Shown here: one piece after another, positions 37,715 through 48,374 of the stretch
Layout: each line of letters starts with the position of its first letter
How positions within the stretch are numbered: position 1 is the stretch's first letter
NCBI GenBank assembly: GCA_021791755.1
Contig: JAJYWA010000001.1
Location: 5,416-69,415 of the forward strand
Source of the DNA: Actinomycetes bacterium
Lineage (GTDB): Bacteria; Actinomycetota; Acidimicrobiia; Acidimicrobiales; JAJZXF01
DNA length: 64,000 nt
Direction of reading: 5' to 3'
Position numbers and translations under genes: made by a program
Notes under the pieces: generated by a model
Told to the model about the DNA's origin: nothing
Databases searched by the model: none
The model's input: the letters and a program-made list of their open reading frames with translations, nothing else

Positions 37715-38443
37715 CTAGATATTGTCCGGCGGCGCCGGCGCCACCCGATCCCACACCCGGTCCACCTCGCTGCGCAGGTGGGCAATCGAAGAAGAGTTGT
37801 CTATCACGAAGTCTGCGATCGCTCGCCGCTGCCCCCTCGCGGCTTGAGCCGCAATCCGCGCGAGCGCCTCCTCGCGAGACATCTGCCGGCCCGCCTCGAG
37901 CCTCCTCAGGACCACCTCCTCCGGCGCGTCGACGACGACCACCACCTTCGGTCTCAGCGGGTCCACCTCGCCGTCAGCCTCTTCGGCGCCATCTCTGCTC
38001 CGGGCGCCGTCAGCGCTCTGCGCGCTCTCCTCGCGTGCTGGCTCGCCGCCCGTACCTGCTGGCTCGCCGCCCGCCGGAGCTCTCGTCACCTCTGCGAGCA
38101 GGGGAATCTCGAGCACGAGAACACGGCACGATGCCGGAGCGCCGACCACACGGCGCGCCATCTCCGCTGCGATCACCGGATGGGTCAGCGACTCGAGATC
38201 CCTCCTCGCCGCGGGATCGGCGAACACGATCCTGGCCAGCTCTTTGCGATCCAACAAGCCTCGAGCGTCGACGATCTGGGAACCGAAACGGTCCCGGACA
38301 GCCTTGAAAACGCTGCTACCAGGCATCATCACGTCGCGTGCCACCGCGTCGGCGTCCACGACGAACGCGCCCTTCGCCGCGAAGAGCCCCGCGACAGTTG
38401 ACTTGCCCGACCCGATGCCCCCCGTAAGAGCAACGGAGATCAT
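37715..38443 (-). CDS. coaE: dephospho-CoA kinase (with a ~40-aa acidic low-complexity insertion)
   Basis: 'ISVALTGGIGSGKSTVAGLF', 'VVDADAVARDV' and 'IPLLAE...VVVVVDAPEEVVLRRL'. The ATG at 38443 lies 4 nt after the upstream gene's stop. Confidence 0.85.
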   Translation of the reverse strand: MISVALTGGIGSGKSTVAGLFAAKGAFVVDADAVARDVMMPGSSVFKAVRDRFGSQIVDARGLLDRKELARIVFADPAARRDLESLTHPVIAAEMARRVVGAPASCRVLVLEIPLLAEVTRAPAGGEPAGTGGEPAREESAQSADGARSRDGAEEADGEVDPLRPKVVVVVDAPEEVVLRRLEAGRQMSREEALARIAAQAARGQRRAIADFVIDNSSSIAHLRSEVDRVWDRVAPAPPDNI

Positions 38444-38447
38444 GGCC

Positions 38448-39239
38448 TCACGAAGAGCGCAGAGGTGACGACGCGACCCCGAGCAGCACCAGCGCGTCGA
38501 CACTCGGATCGTCGGAGATGAAGTAGTCGTCCGCCGTGATCCCCGTCGCGCCTGAGGTGTCCTGCCTTGCCAGGAGGCGGTAGGCGACGGGCAGTACCCG
38601 GGTGTACAAGCCGATGTACCAGCTTCGGGGCATCCTGTGGCGCAAGTCGAGGAAGTCGAACCTCAACAGCTTCTCAGCCTTGGCCCGCCGGGCCGCGAAG
38701 TCCGCATGAACACGAGGCGTAGCGCCCATCCCGAGAACTTCGACAGCTGCAAAGTGGGCGCCGAGCAACGTCTTCAGGTCGTCTCGCTCGAACTGCACCA
38801 GATGGAACGGGTTCTCGAAGTCAAAGGGGCGGTTTGGGGTGAGGAAGAACGCCGTCCCGTCGTCTCTGAGGACGCGGCTCACCTCCCGCACGTGGTCCTC
38901 AGGCCTCTCGAAGTGCTCGACGACGTGCGAAGAGCACACGAAGGACATCGACCCATCGCGCACCCCCAGCCTCAACGCGTCCATCCCGGCTAGATGCAGC
39001 CCCTTCGCCGACCACTTGCGCGACGCCTCCACGGCTACCTCCACGCTGTAGTCGATGCCGACCACCATCCGATCCGCTGCGAGAAAACTCGCCGACTCGA
39101 AGCCATCGCCGCAGCCGACATCGAGGACCCTGCCCGGACCGAGCCTTTCGCGTACAGCCCGGTACCCTGCCTCGTGCAACGCGAGCAGCGAGTCCGGCGT
39201 GACCCCTTCGACGGGACGCTCCCCGGTCAGCTTGGACAT
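38448..39239 (-). CDS. class I SAM-dependent methyltransferase
   Basis: 'RVLDVGCGDGFES' is the SAM-binding motif I. The ATG at 39239 is preceded by an 'aggagg' RBS. Confidence 0.8.
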   Translation of the reverse strand: MSKLTGERPVEGVTPDSLLALHEAGYRAVRERLGPGRVLDVGCGDGFESASFLAADRMVVGIDYSVEVAVEASRKWSAKGLHLAGMDALRLGVRDGSMSFVCSSHVVEHFERPEDHVREVSRVLRDDGTAFFLTPNRPFDFENPFHLVQFERDDLKTLLGAHFAAVEVLGMGATPRVHADFAARRAKAEKLLRFDFLDLRHRMPRSWYIGLYTRVLPVAYRLLARQDTSGATGITADDYFISDDPSVDALVLLGVASSPLRSS

Positions 39240-39451
39240 CGATCCTCCTGTGGTTGATGGGTTATTGCGTTCGGCGGCCACCAGCGGCGACGCCTGCCTG
39301 CCTGCCTGCCGCCGACGCTACAGGGCAGACAGCTCTTCCGGGCGCGCCCCGAGCGCTCGCGAGTGCGCCCGTAGTGCTCGTCGCATCAAAGCTAGCGTCA
39401 AAGCTATAGGAAACCTGCCAGCGCCACCTCGCAGGCGCCATCTTGCGCTCG

Positions 39452-39870
39452 CTATCTTGGTCGCTCGGGTGCAGCCACCGTCAGCCCGCAGGACTCCGCG
39501 GCTTCTCGGAACCTTCCGTCGTAGGTGAAGAGCACGCCCATCTCCGTGCCAAGGGCCAGCGCGGTGGCCAGGTGGACCGCGTCGAGCGACGACACACCGG
39601 TGGGTGCGAGATCGCCAGCCCGATCCAGCATCAGCTCGTCCACGCTGACGAGGTGGAGCGTACGGAGCAACTGGCAAACCCGGCCCACGAGCTGGTCGTT
39701 CCCCGAGCGCCGGAGGGCTCGCACCGTCTCGATCCGGAGAAGAGCCGATGAAGCGTGCCGGCCATCGCACCACGCTACGACGGAGCGCCTCCGACTCCTC
39801 CTCGATCGCAAGGAGCTTCACGAACGATCTCCCCGCGTGCAACCCGCTTCATGACAGCGCTTGCATGCTG
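39452..39870 (-). pseudogene. PIN-domain (VapC-like) toxin remnant, frameshifted
   Basis: The C-terminal part is intact ('LDAVHLATALALGTEMGVLFTYDGRFREAA'). The N-terminal part sits in another frame ('FVKLLAIEEESEALRR'). An upstream VapB-like scrap 'DIDEAVARVKAALG' lacks a start codon. Confidence 0.5.
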
Positions 39871-40078
39871 GCTCGAGCACAATCTCCAGCGCTATGCCAA
39901 GCGCGGCCTTCACCCGGGCGACCGCTTCATCGATATCCGCCGCCGGCTGGGGTCAGCTCCAGCCCTCACCGGCCGCCACAACAGAGATGGAAGGCTCGAG
40001 TAGCCCTTGCCCTTTGCACGCGGATCTGAGGCCTCAGAGAGCACGTGGAGCATTTGCGGGAGACCGGCTACGGGCAGT

Positions 40079-41749
40079 CTAGGCCGGGCGATGCGGGAAC
40101 AGAACACGTAGAGGCACTCGGAAGCGAATGACATGCACGCCCCTTGGTGGCCGCCATTCGAGCGCGATGATTCCATCGCGGTTCGCGATCGGTCGGGCAT
40201 GCAGGACACGGCGAATGTAGCCAACGACGAACGCGACGACTCCGGGGGGCGCCGCGCCGATCCCGCGAGGAGCCCTCTCGTCTACGACGAATACCACCTC
40301 GCTAGCCGACACCGGCTCTTCGAGGTCCAGACGCAGGACTGGGGAGACCCCGACCTGCCTCAAGCCAAGAAAGGGATAGACCCATCTCCGGCCCGCGAAC
40401 CGGCCGATGATATAGGGCGTCACCACCGCCTCGGCCCCGGCTGGCGCCTTGCCGCGCACCACTGCGATCTCGTGGCTGGCGCCTGCGTTCATGCCGGACA
40501 GCGTTCGGAACAAGGTCGGCGTCCACATGGCCGCCATCGTGAGGGTCTGGGACAACGACAGCACTGCGAGCACCGCAGCCGTGATGCGCGCCCGGCGAGA
40601 CCGCCGCCAGAGCCAGCACAGGACGAAGACGCCGCCTACCGAGATGAACGGCTCAGCGGGAAAGCTCTGAAAAGCTATCGTCGGCTGAAGAAACCCCCCC
40701 GAGTTGAGAGCATTCGCGATGAGCACAACAAGCGCAATTCCTGCCGTCTCAGGTGAAACGATGCCGATCAGCCCCGGCCCGGCAAGCACGCGGTAAAGCC
40801 CGGTGAGGTGCGTGCCGATCATCCTTGCCGGAACCGACGGATGGCGCAGGGCCCCTGTCGCGATAGCAACCAACCCAGCGGCGCCTGCCGGCAGTGTTGC
40901 AGCGCCTGCCAGGTACCCGTAAGCCGTGGGAAGCGACGATGCCGCGTTGGCGTGAAGGGCCGAGATCAGCGCCAGCCACAAACCTCCCAGCACGACCAAT
41001 CCAATCGCCTGGCGGCGGGCCGGCTTGCCTGCAAAGAGACGCGATAGACCCAAGCCAACGACATAGGTGCTTGCCACGTCACCGCAGAGCAGCACACCGG
41101 CGATCCAGATCCAGCTCCTCCGCCGGCCGCGCGACCACATCTCCCTCGCGGCCAGGAGAGCACAGAGCGCCGCGAGCGCCTGCAGGTGGAAGTTCAATAG
41201 GCTCGCCCAGTAAACCCACGGGTTGACCAGAAGAGAAACAAGCAGCAGGACGGCGATCCAGGCAGCGCCCCGCTGGCTGCCGCGCCAGCGTTCTCGCAGG
41301 ATGTCAAGACCCCACAGGTAGGCGACGGCGACTGCACCCGCCGTGCAGAGGTCTTGGATGACAAGCAGCACCATCGAGCTGGGGAACACGCCGCCGAGAA
41401 GGGCGAGCGGCCACATCACGAGCTCGAAGTGGTCGCGCCAGAACGGGCTCCCGTAGTGAGTCGCGCCCGTCGCCAGAAGGGTGTTGACGGGGTCGAGGCG
41501 ACCGTGGGAGATCTCGAAGATCGCCTGGTGGTAGATGCCGAAGTCCACGCTGAGCGCCGACACCGCCCAGAGGTGGATGCTCCAGCTCAACAGAAAGACG
41601 AACAGCGCTCCGGAGCTCACTAGCCCCGCGATCTTCAGCCTCAGCCAGCAACGTGCCGACACCGCACCGCCTGGTGTCGAAGCACCGGAGCCGTTTGCGA
41701 TTGGCTGCGTAGCCGCCTCCGTAGCCGCCTCCGAGCTCGCAGGTCTCAC
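40079..41749 (-). CDS. polytopic membrane protein, DUF2079-like (putative GT-C-type glycosyltransferase)
   Basis: More than 10 predicted TM segments; 'LSVDFGIYHQAIFEISHGRL' resembles the DUF2079 N-terminal motif. Start set at GTG 41749, because 41750-41800 is AT-rich and looks intergenic; the longest ORF reaches 41992. Confidence 0.65.
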   Translation of the reverse strand: MRPASSEAATEAATQPIANGSGASTPGGAVSARCWLRLKIAGLVSSGALFVFLLSWSIHLWAVSALSVDFGIYHQAIFEISHGRLDPVNTLLATGATHYGSPFWRDHFELVMWPLALLGGVFPSSMVLLVIQDLCTAGAVAVAYLWGLDILRERWRGSQRGAAWIAVLLLVSLLVNPWVYWASLLNFHLQALAALCALLAAREMWSRGRRRSWIWIAGVLLCGDVASTYVVGLGLSRLFAGKPARRQAIGLVVLGGLWLALISALHANAASSLPTAYGYLAGAATLPAGAAGLVAIATGALRHPSVPARMIGTHLTGLYRVLAGPGLIGIVSPETAGIALVVLIANALNSGGFLQPTIAFQSFPAEPFISVGGVFVLCWLWRRSRRARITAAVLAVLSLSQTLTMAAMWTPTLFRTLSGMNAGASHEIAVVRGKAPAGAEAVVTPYIIGRFAGRRWVYPFLGLRQVGVSPVLRLDLEEPVSASEVVFVVDERAPRGIGAAPPGVVAFVVGYIRRVLHARPIANRDGIIALEWRPPRGVHVIRFRVPLRVLFPHRPA

Positions 41750-41945
41750 GAGCGGATCGTAACGAGCATGTATCGAATCATATAGGAACGTAGTCACACA
41801 GGTCGCTGGTCTGCGGCGGCGGGCTCTGCAGCGGCGGGCTCTGCAGCGGCTCATCTGCCGTGGACGGCCGGGGCCCGGTACGGGCTGAACAGCCGATGAC
41901 CAGCGCGAGCTGAAGGGACGCCAGCGATCTGCAACTATTGCGGGA

Positions 41946-44900
41946 ATGTCAGATGACGCGCTCCCGCGCCATGCCCGCCGCCGGAGAGGCAACCGCCAGA
42001 CCGGCGTCCTGCCACGGACTCGGATCTCCGAGGCCGGCGCCGTCCTGCGCAGCCTTCGCTCACATCTACCCGTTTCGTGGGCCAGCCATCTCGTTCTTGC
42101 CGCAGTCGCCTACGTGCCGATGCTGCTGGCGAAGCCGGGTTGGGTAGCAGCCGACACCAAGCAGTACCTCTACCTCGATCCAGGCCGGATGCTCGCTGCG
42201 GCTAGCTACATGTGGAACCCGAGCTCCAACCTCGGAACGGTCACACATGAGAACATCGGGTACCTGCTCCCGATGGGGCCCTTCTTCTGGATCACTGCCC
42301 ACCTCGGCATCGCGACCTGGGTCGCCCAGAGGCTCTGGGTGGGAACGATCCTCTTCGCTGCGGGTGCAGGCGTCCTGTTCCTATGTCGCACGCTCGCCCT
42401 CTCGGGACCAGGGCAGGTCGTGTCTGCACTGGCTTACATGCTCAGCCCGTACCTGCTCCAGTACGTGGGACGAATGTCGGTCATCCTCCTGCCCTGGGCT
42501 GGCTTGCCCTGGCTCGTAGCGCTAGCCGCTCGCAGCCTCCGCCAGCGGTCATGGCGCTATCCGGCGATCTTTGCTCTGGTCGTCACCCTGGTCAGCGGCG
42601 TGAACGCAACGGCCATCCTCTACGCAGGGCTCGCACCGGTTGGCTGGATCATCTACGCAACCTGGATCCGTCGCGAGACCACGGCCAAACGCGCCGGCAT
42701 CGTCGTCGGGCAGATTGCAGTGCTCACGACCTTGACGTCGCTATGGTGGGCGGCCGGACTGCGGGTCGAGGCCGCCTACGGCATCAACGTTCTCAAGTAC
42801 ACCGAGACATTGCCGGCCGTCGCGAGCACGTCGCTTGCCTCGGAGTCCCTCCGAGGCCTCGGCTACTGGTACTTCTACGGAGGCGGGCGCCTGGGCCCCT
42901 GGCTGGGAGCGTCGGTCCAGTACACACAGCAGGTCTGGCTGCTCGCACTGAGCTTCGCGGCGCCAGCGCTCGCCGTGGCTGCAGCGCTCGTCACCAGATG
43001 GCGGCATCGCCTCTACTTCGCGCTTGTCGGCTTCATCGGCCTCGTGCTGAGCGTGGGCACGTACCCGTTCAAGCATCCCTCCATCGTCGGTGGCGCATTG
43101 AAGACGTTCATGACCCAGACGACAGCCGGCCTGGCCCTCAGGTCAACGGACAGGGCGACGCCGCTTCTCATCCTCTCGATGTCGATCCTTCTTGGAGCTG
43201 GCATAACCGCCCTCTACCGAAAAGCTCGAGTAACCGGGATGATAACTGCGGTTGCCGCCGCAGCGCTGGTAGCCGCCGCCAACCCACCCATGTGGAATGG
43301 CTCTACGATCGCCAAGGACTTCGTGCGCCCATCGCAACTCCCTTCCTACTACTATCAGGCCGCGAAGTGGTTGAGCTCTCACGGGTCGGGCACGCGCGTG
43401 CTGGCGATCCCCGGGGCCAACTTCGCCGCACACAGCTGGGGCGACACCATAGACCCGGTCATGCCCGGGCTGCTGGTCAACCGCCCCTACGTAACACGTG
43501 CGCAGCTCGTACAGGGCTCGCTGCCCACGGCGAACCTCCTCTACGCGCTCGACGCGCCCCTTCAGGGGGGCCGCTTCAACCCCGCTACGCTGGCACCGAT
43601 AGCGCGCCTCATGAGCGCAGGCGACGTGCTGGTGAGATCAGACCTTGCATACTGGCGCTACAACCTCGCAACACCCCGAGCCACATGGCAGCTCCTGACC
43701 TCGCCGCCTCCGGCCGGAGTGGGCCAACCCGTCGCCTTTGGCTCGCCGGTGAGATCGCTGTCGCCTATTGCGATGCTCGATGAAACCGCTCTCGCACAAG
43801 ACCCCAACCTGGCCATCCCCCCGCCCCTTGCTGCACTGCCCATCTCGAACCCGAGGCCGCTGGTCCGCGCGGAGTCCCCACAGGGCGTGCTGCTGATCGA
43901 CGGAGATGCGTCCGGGCTGGTGGCCGCAGCCGATGCAGGGCTTCTCGCCAACAACCCGACCGTGCTGTACGCGGGCTCGGTCGCCCAGCACCCCAAGGCG
44001 ATGGCTCGCCTCCTCAAGTCCAGCACGGATCTCGTGCTCACCGACACCAACCGGCTGCGCGGCTATCGCTGGGACTCACTGAGAGCGAACGTCGGCTACA
44101 CCGAGACGGCTCACCACCACGCTACGAGCTACGACCCATCGAACGCGCCTATGGTCATCTTTCCGGGCGCGCCCAAGGATGCCTACACGCTTGCTCAGCA
44201 ACGAGGCGTTACATCCATAACAGCATCCTCCTACGGCAACCCGGTGACCTTCACGCCAGAAGATCGCGCAGCGATGGCGATGGACGGCAACCTGAACACC
44301 GCGTGGCAGACGGGAGCATTCTCCTCCGCCAGGGGCCAGTGGCTCCGTATCGAGCTCACCAAGCCGGTCACGACCAGCAGCATCGGCCTCGTGCAGCCCG
44401 TGCACGGCAACCCGCTCCGCTGGATCACAAAGGTGACGATCACCTTTGACGGCAAGCACCGCATCACGGCCAAGCTCGGACCAGCGTCGCGCACGCCGGC
44501 TGGCCAGACCATCCACTTCAGCCGGCGCACCTTCAGGACGGTGAAGATCACCATCGACACGACCAGCCAGGCGTTCGGATCGAACACCGCCGCGCTGAAC
44601 GCAGTCGGCTTCGCTGAGGTACGCATAGACCACCAGCACGTGAACGAGGTCATCTCCATGCCGGAGGACATGCTGAGGTCCGCGGGGGCCGCGTCGCTCT
44701 CGCATCGCCTCACGGTGATAATGACACGAGAGCGCGTCGCACCGGTGCCGCCCCGGACCGACCCCGAGCGCTACATGGCTCGTTCCTTCTGGCTGCCGAC
44801 GCAGAGGACATTCACCCTATCGGGCACAGCACGCATATCGGCGTTGATACCCGACAGCATGATCGACAGCCTGCTCGGCGTCCCAGGCTCCAACGGAAGC

Positions 44901-46631
44901 GGCATCGTCGCCACCTCGTTGGGTCGGCTTCCGGGAGATCTCAATGCACGCGCGTCGTCCGCTCTGGACGGCAACCTCACAACCTCTTGGAGCCCGGGCT
45001 TTGGCTATGCCCACCAGATCGGCGTCTGGCTCCAGTACACGCTTCCGCACCCGATCACCTTCGATCACCTGAACCTGGCTGTGGTGGCAGACGGACGTCA
45101 CTCGGTGCCCACACGCATCAGGATCAGCACCCAGCAGGGGTACCGCGACGTCACGCTTCCGCCGATAGCAGACAGCTCAGTGCCCAACGCAGCGGTGTCA
45201 GTACCACTTCACTTCGCTCCCCTCACCGGCAGCAACATCCGGATCACTGTGGAGGCGATACGGGCCGAGAAGACGAAGAACTACTACTCGGGAAGTCCCA
45301 TCACCGAGCCCGTGGCGATCGCAGAGGCAGGGATACCAGGCCTGAAGATGCCACCGGTTCCGCCACAGCTCCCCGCTGGCTGCCAGTCGAACCTGATCTC
45401 CATAGACAACAAGCCGGTAAGCGTGAAGATCGTCGGATCCACAAGTCGGGCCAGCTCGCTTCAGGGAATGAGCATAGCGCCGTGCGGACCGGACGCCTCC
45501 GGCATCACCCTCGGCCCTGGCTACCACACAGTCCAGACCGTCTCGGGTCACGCCACCGGATGGAACATCGACCGCCTCATACTTGATTCAGCGCCCGGAG
45601 GGGGGCCGGAGCCCGCCGCGTCGCCCCCGGTCACGCCCTCTGCCTCTGCCAGCACCCTGCCCAATCCGCCAGCGCCTGGCCAGACGCCGGCGACGACCGT
45701 CAGGAAGGTCAGCCCTACGATGTGGCACATTGGCGTGGGCGCCGCATCGAAACCGTTCTGGTTGGTGCTAGGCGAGAGCATAAACCGTGGTTGGACTGCG
45801 ACGACATCGAACGGCCATTCGCTGGGGGCTCCGCAGCTGATAGACGGCTTCGCGAATGGCTGGTACGTGAACCCGGCCAAGCTTGGCCTCAGCGGCAAGA
45901 AGCCCTTTTCGATCACGCTCAACTGGACGCCCCAGAACTTGATCTGGATTGCCCTCCTCCTCTCGGGGCTCGGGCTGCTGGCCTGCTTGATCCTCGGCCT
46001 CTGGCCGCTCGGCATGTGGCCACGCGGAGGAGCCAGCGCAGAATCCTCGCTGTCAGAGCCTGATGGGCGCAGGAAGCGACGCTGGCTTCGCAGAAGGCAT
46101 CTGCGCCACGCCAGAGAAACCGATGTCGGTCCAGATCCCGCCCCGGGGCACGTGGCTCACGACGCGACCAGACCTTCGTTCGTTCGCGAGCCAGATACGC
46201 ACGGACCTCGGCTCTCGTCGCCGCTTACAGCTGGCGGGAAACGGCCGCGTATACCAATTATCATCGTTGCCACTGTCGTCTCCGGAGGCATCGCCGCCGT
46301 GACTATCACCCCAGTGGCCGGCTTGGCTATCGCAGCCCTGACTGCCTGCGCGACCACGCTGGGACCCACTCGGTGGCTGCTTGGCCTAGGCGCGCTGGGG
46401 TCAGTGACAGCAAGCGGCGCTTACACGACGATCATGCAAGCCATCCACCACTACCCTCCGGGAGCGTTCTGGCCTGGGCACTTCGCGACAGCGAGCCAGC
46501 TAGCATGGCTTGGTCTCGCTATGCTGACCGCCGACGTGGTGGTGGAGCTGGCGCGCTGGGGACGCGGTACGAACCGCTATGGCGCCAGCACGGCCGACCG
46601 TTCCCAAGCCAGCCACTCGCCCTCGCCCTGA
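41946..46631 (+). CDS. AftD-like alpha-(1->3)-arabinofuranosyltransferase family protein (DUF3367), 1561 aa
   Basis: N-terminal 'AADTKQYLYLDPGRMLAAASYMWNPSSNLGTVTHENIGYLLPMGPFFW' is the AftD/DUF3367 hallmark. It is followed by about 12 TM helices, a large extracytoplasmic region with discoidin-like segments ('AMDGNLNTAWQT', 'ALDGNLTTSWSP'), and C-terminal TM helices. Confidence 0.85.
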   Translation: MSDDALPRHARRRRGNRQTGVLPRTRISEAGAVLRSLRSHLPVSWASHLVLAAVAYVPMLLAKPGWVAADTKQYLYLDPGRMLAAASYMWNPSSNLGTVTHENIGYLLPMGPFFWITAHLGIATWVAQRLWVGTILFAAGAGVLFLCRTLALSGPGQVVSALAYMLSPYLLQYVGRMSVILLPWAGLPWLVALAARSLRQRSWRYPAIFALVVTLVSGVNATAILYAGLAPVGWIIYATWIRRETTAKRAGIVVGQIAVLTTLTSLWWAAGLRVEAAYGINVLKYTETLPAVASTSLASESLRGLGYWYFYGGGRLGPWLGASVQYTQQVWLLALSFAAPALAVAAALVTRWRHRLYFALVGFIGLVLSVGTYPFKHPSIVGGALKTFMTQTTAGLALRSTDRATPLLILSMSILLGAGITALYRKARVTGMITAVAAAALVAAANPPMWNGSTIAKDFVRPSQLPSYYYQAAKWLSSHGSGTRVLAIPGANFAAHSWGDTIDPVMPGLLVNRPYVTRAQLVQGSLPTANLLYALDAPLQGGRFNPATLAPIARLMSAGDVLVRSDLAYWRYNLATPRATWQLLTSPPPAGVGQPVAFGSPVRSLSPIAMLDETALAQDPNLAIPPPLAALPISNPRPLVRAESPQGVLLIDGDASGLVAAADAGLLANNPTVLYAGSVAQHPKAMARLLKSSTDLVLTDTNRLRGYRWDSLRANVGYTETAHHHATSYDPSNAPMVIFPGAPKDAYTLAQQRGVTSITASSYGNPVTFTPEDRAAMAMDGNLNTAWQTGAFSSARGQWLRIELTKPVTTSSIGLVQPVHGNPLRWITKVTITFDGKHRITAKLGPASRTPAGQTIHFSRRTFRTVKITIDTTSQAFGSNTAALNAVGFAEVRIDHQHVNEVISMPEDMLRSAGAASLSHRLTVIMTRERVAPVPPRTDPERYMARSFWLPTQRTFTLSGTARISALIPDSMIDSLLGVPGSNGSGIVATSLGRLPGDLNARASSALDGNLTTSWSPGFGYAHQIGVWLQYTLPHPITFDHLNLAVVADGRHSVPTRIRISTQQGYRDVTLPPIADSSVPNAAVSVPLHFAPLTGSNIRITVEAIRAEKTKNYYSGSPITEPVAIAEAGIPGLKMPPVPPQLPAGCQSNLISIDNKPVSVKIVGSTSRASSLQGMSIAPCGPDASGITLGPGYHTVQTVSGHATGWNIDRLILDSAPGGGPEPAASPPVTPSASASTLPNPPAPGQTPATTVRKVSPTMWHIGVGAASKPFWLVLGESINRGWTATTSNGHSLGAPQLIDGFANGWYVNPAKLGLSGKKPFSITLNWTPQNLIWIALLLSGLGLLACLILGLWPLGMWPRGGASAESSLSEPDGRRKRRWLRRRHLRHARETDVGPDPAPGHVAHDATRPSFVREPDTHGPRLSSPLTAGGKRPRIPIIIVATVVSGGIAAVTITPVAGLAIAALTACATTLGPTRWLLGLGALGSVTASGAYTTIMQAIHHYPPGAFWPGHFATASQLAWLGLAMLTADVVVELARWGRGTNRYGASTADRSQASHSPSP

Positions 46632-46712
46632 TCACGTCCCTCACACCTGGGCGTCCCACAGGTCAAGCCCAATTGTTGTCGCACGGATCAAGCCAAACTG
46701 TTGTCCCGCGGA

Positions 46713-47951
46713 TCAGGCCCACCTCGAGGCTTCTGGTTCGGCGAGCTCACCGTGCGCACGACCGTCGTCAACCCGGATGATCGCAGGATCTAGCTGGGGG
46801 ATCAAGCGTGTTGGTAGAGCGGGAAGATCGAGCTGGAGCATCGCAGGATCAAGGTCCACCCGGTTCACACGAGCGACCTCTGCGGCAAGCACCTGTAGGG
46901 TTTGCCTCGCGGTCGCATCCCATGTCAGGCAGCTTGCGCTGGCTAGCGCGCCCTTCGAAAGCTTCGATCTCAGCCCATCATCGCTCAGCACCGTGTCAAG
47001 AGCTCCCACAAGCTCTTCGCGATCAGCGGCAAGCAAGCCCGTTACCCCGGAGTCCACCGTGTCCACCTGGCCGACGACCTTCGTAGCTACCGCGGGAGTC
47101 CCACACGCTCCGGCTTCAGTGATGGTCATCCCCCATCCCTCTCGGGCTGATGCCGATACCAGCACCCAGGCCCGGCGGTACAGATCCACCAGCTCGTCGT
47201 CGGTCAGACGACCAGGAAGCTGGATCCAATCCTCTGCGCCGTTCGCACGCAGAGCCTCGACTATCTGCGTGCGCATATAGCCTTCACCCGCGATAACTGC
47301 CTGGAGATCAGGGTGGCGGCGCTTGAGCATTACCAGGGCATCGACGACCATCGCGTGGCGCTTCACGGGCACCAGACGTCCCACGCACGCCACTAGGGGC
47401 TGCCGAGAGCGCTGGCCACCCGGGCTGAAAGCAGGGTCGATGCCCGGAGGAACCACCACGACGTTCCGAGCCGGCAGGCGCAACGCGCTCACGATCTCGC
47501 TTCGCGACGACTCGGACAAGGTAACGACCTTCGTCCTGCGGTAGAAAGGTGGCGCCAGAGAGCGTTCCACGCCCTGGCCAAGACGCGCCAGCGGGGCCGG
47601 AAGGACCATGCGCCACATCTCCGCGTGGACGTGATGGATGAACGTCATCCGTGGACCACGGTGCCAGATCGGAGAGAAGAACGGCATTCCGTTCCAGATC
47701 TCCACCAGAGCGTCGCCTGGGGCCGACCGCCTCAGGATGCCACGAGCTGCAGTGCGCGGAAAGACCAGGTAACGCCCACCGCGGCGCACGACCGCGTACC
47801 CGTCCCTCGTAGACGTCGCCGGGTGCCCGGACGCCGCCGACGACTCCATGGTCACGTCGATGCCTGCTCTCGCCCACAGCTGCGCTACACGATGAGCATG
47901 CAGCTCCGAGCCACCAGACTCCGGATCATCGAGATCTCGCCACGCGACCAT
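46713..47951 (-). CDS. glycosyltransferase family 4 (GT-B)
   Basis: 'GEGYMRTQIVEAL...LPGRLTDDELVDLYRRAWVLVSASAREGWGMTITEAGACGTPAVAT' is the E-x7-E region of GT4 enzymes. Start uncertain (ATG 47951; the ORF extends to 48113). Confidence 0.85.
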   Translation of the reverse strand: MVAWRDLDDPESGGSELHAHRVAQLWARAGIDVTMESSAASGHPATSTRDGYAVVRRGGRYLVFPRTAARGILRRSAPGDALVEIWNGMPFFSPIWHRGPRMTFIHHVHAEMWRMVLPAPLARLGQGVERSLAPPFYRRTKVVTLSESSRSEIVSALRLPARNVVVVPPGIDPAFSPGGQRSRQPLVACVGRLVPVKRHAMVVDALVMLKRRHPDLQAVIAGEGYMRTQIVEALRANGAEDWIQLPGRLTDDELVDLYRRAWVLVSASAREGWGMTITEAGACGTPAVATKVVGQVDTVDSGVTGLLAADREELVGALDTVLSDDGLRSKLSKGALASASCLTWDATARQTLQVLAAEVARVNRVDLDPAMLQLDLPALPTRLIPQLDPAIIRVDDGRAHGELAEPEASRWA

Positions 47952-48374
47952 GCGAACACGCTTGAGACCGACAGCATCAGCTATATGGGACAAGCCCGGC
48001 GCCCCACGCAAATTTTCTCGAGCCCCGCTCACCTGATGCTCCAATCGCCTTCCCCGGCTCGCGCCAACCGTAGCCAGCGCCCTAGACAAGCATACGGCCC
48101 TGCATCTTGACACGCGCGGACCGCATCTCGACCTACCTCACAGCGCATGCGCCTAGGCGCCTCGCAACTCACCTTTCACCCATCAGCACTACACGCGCAC
48201 CCAATTCGACCGGCCCACTACACAAGCTCCTACAACCTCATACAGCCTGGTGCAACCAGCGCCTGCAAACAAGTCGCTCCTGTCATTGCAGCCCCTGGCT
48301 GTGCATCTCAAGGTTAGTACGCTCAGGTACGCATCCCGCAAAGAGACCCACCGTTTCCGATACCGGCGCCGAGA

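Noticed and set aside
42383-43783. 466-aa ORF inside the AftD-like gene (alternative frame)
   Set aside because: It is on the same strand but out of frame within a gene whose frame is fixed by conserved AftD motifs and TM helices. Its composition is Arg/Pro-rich.
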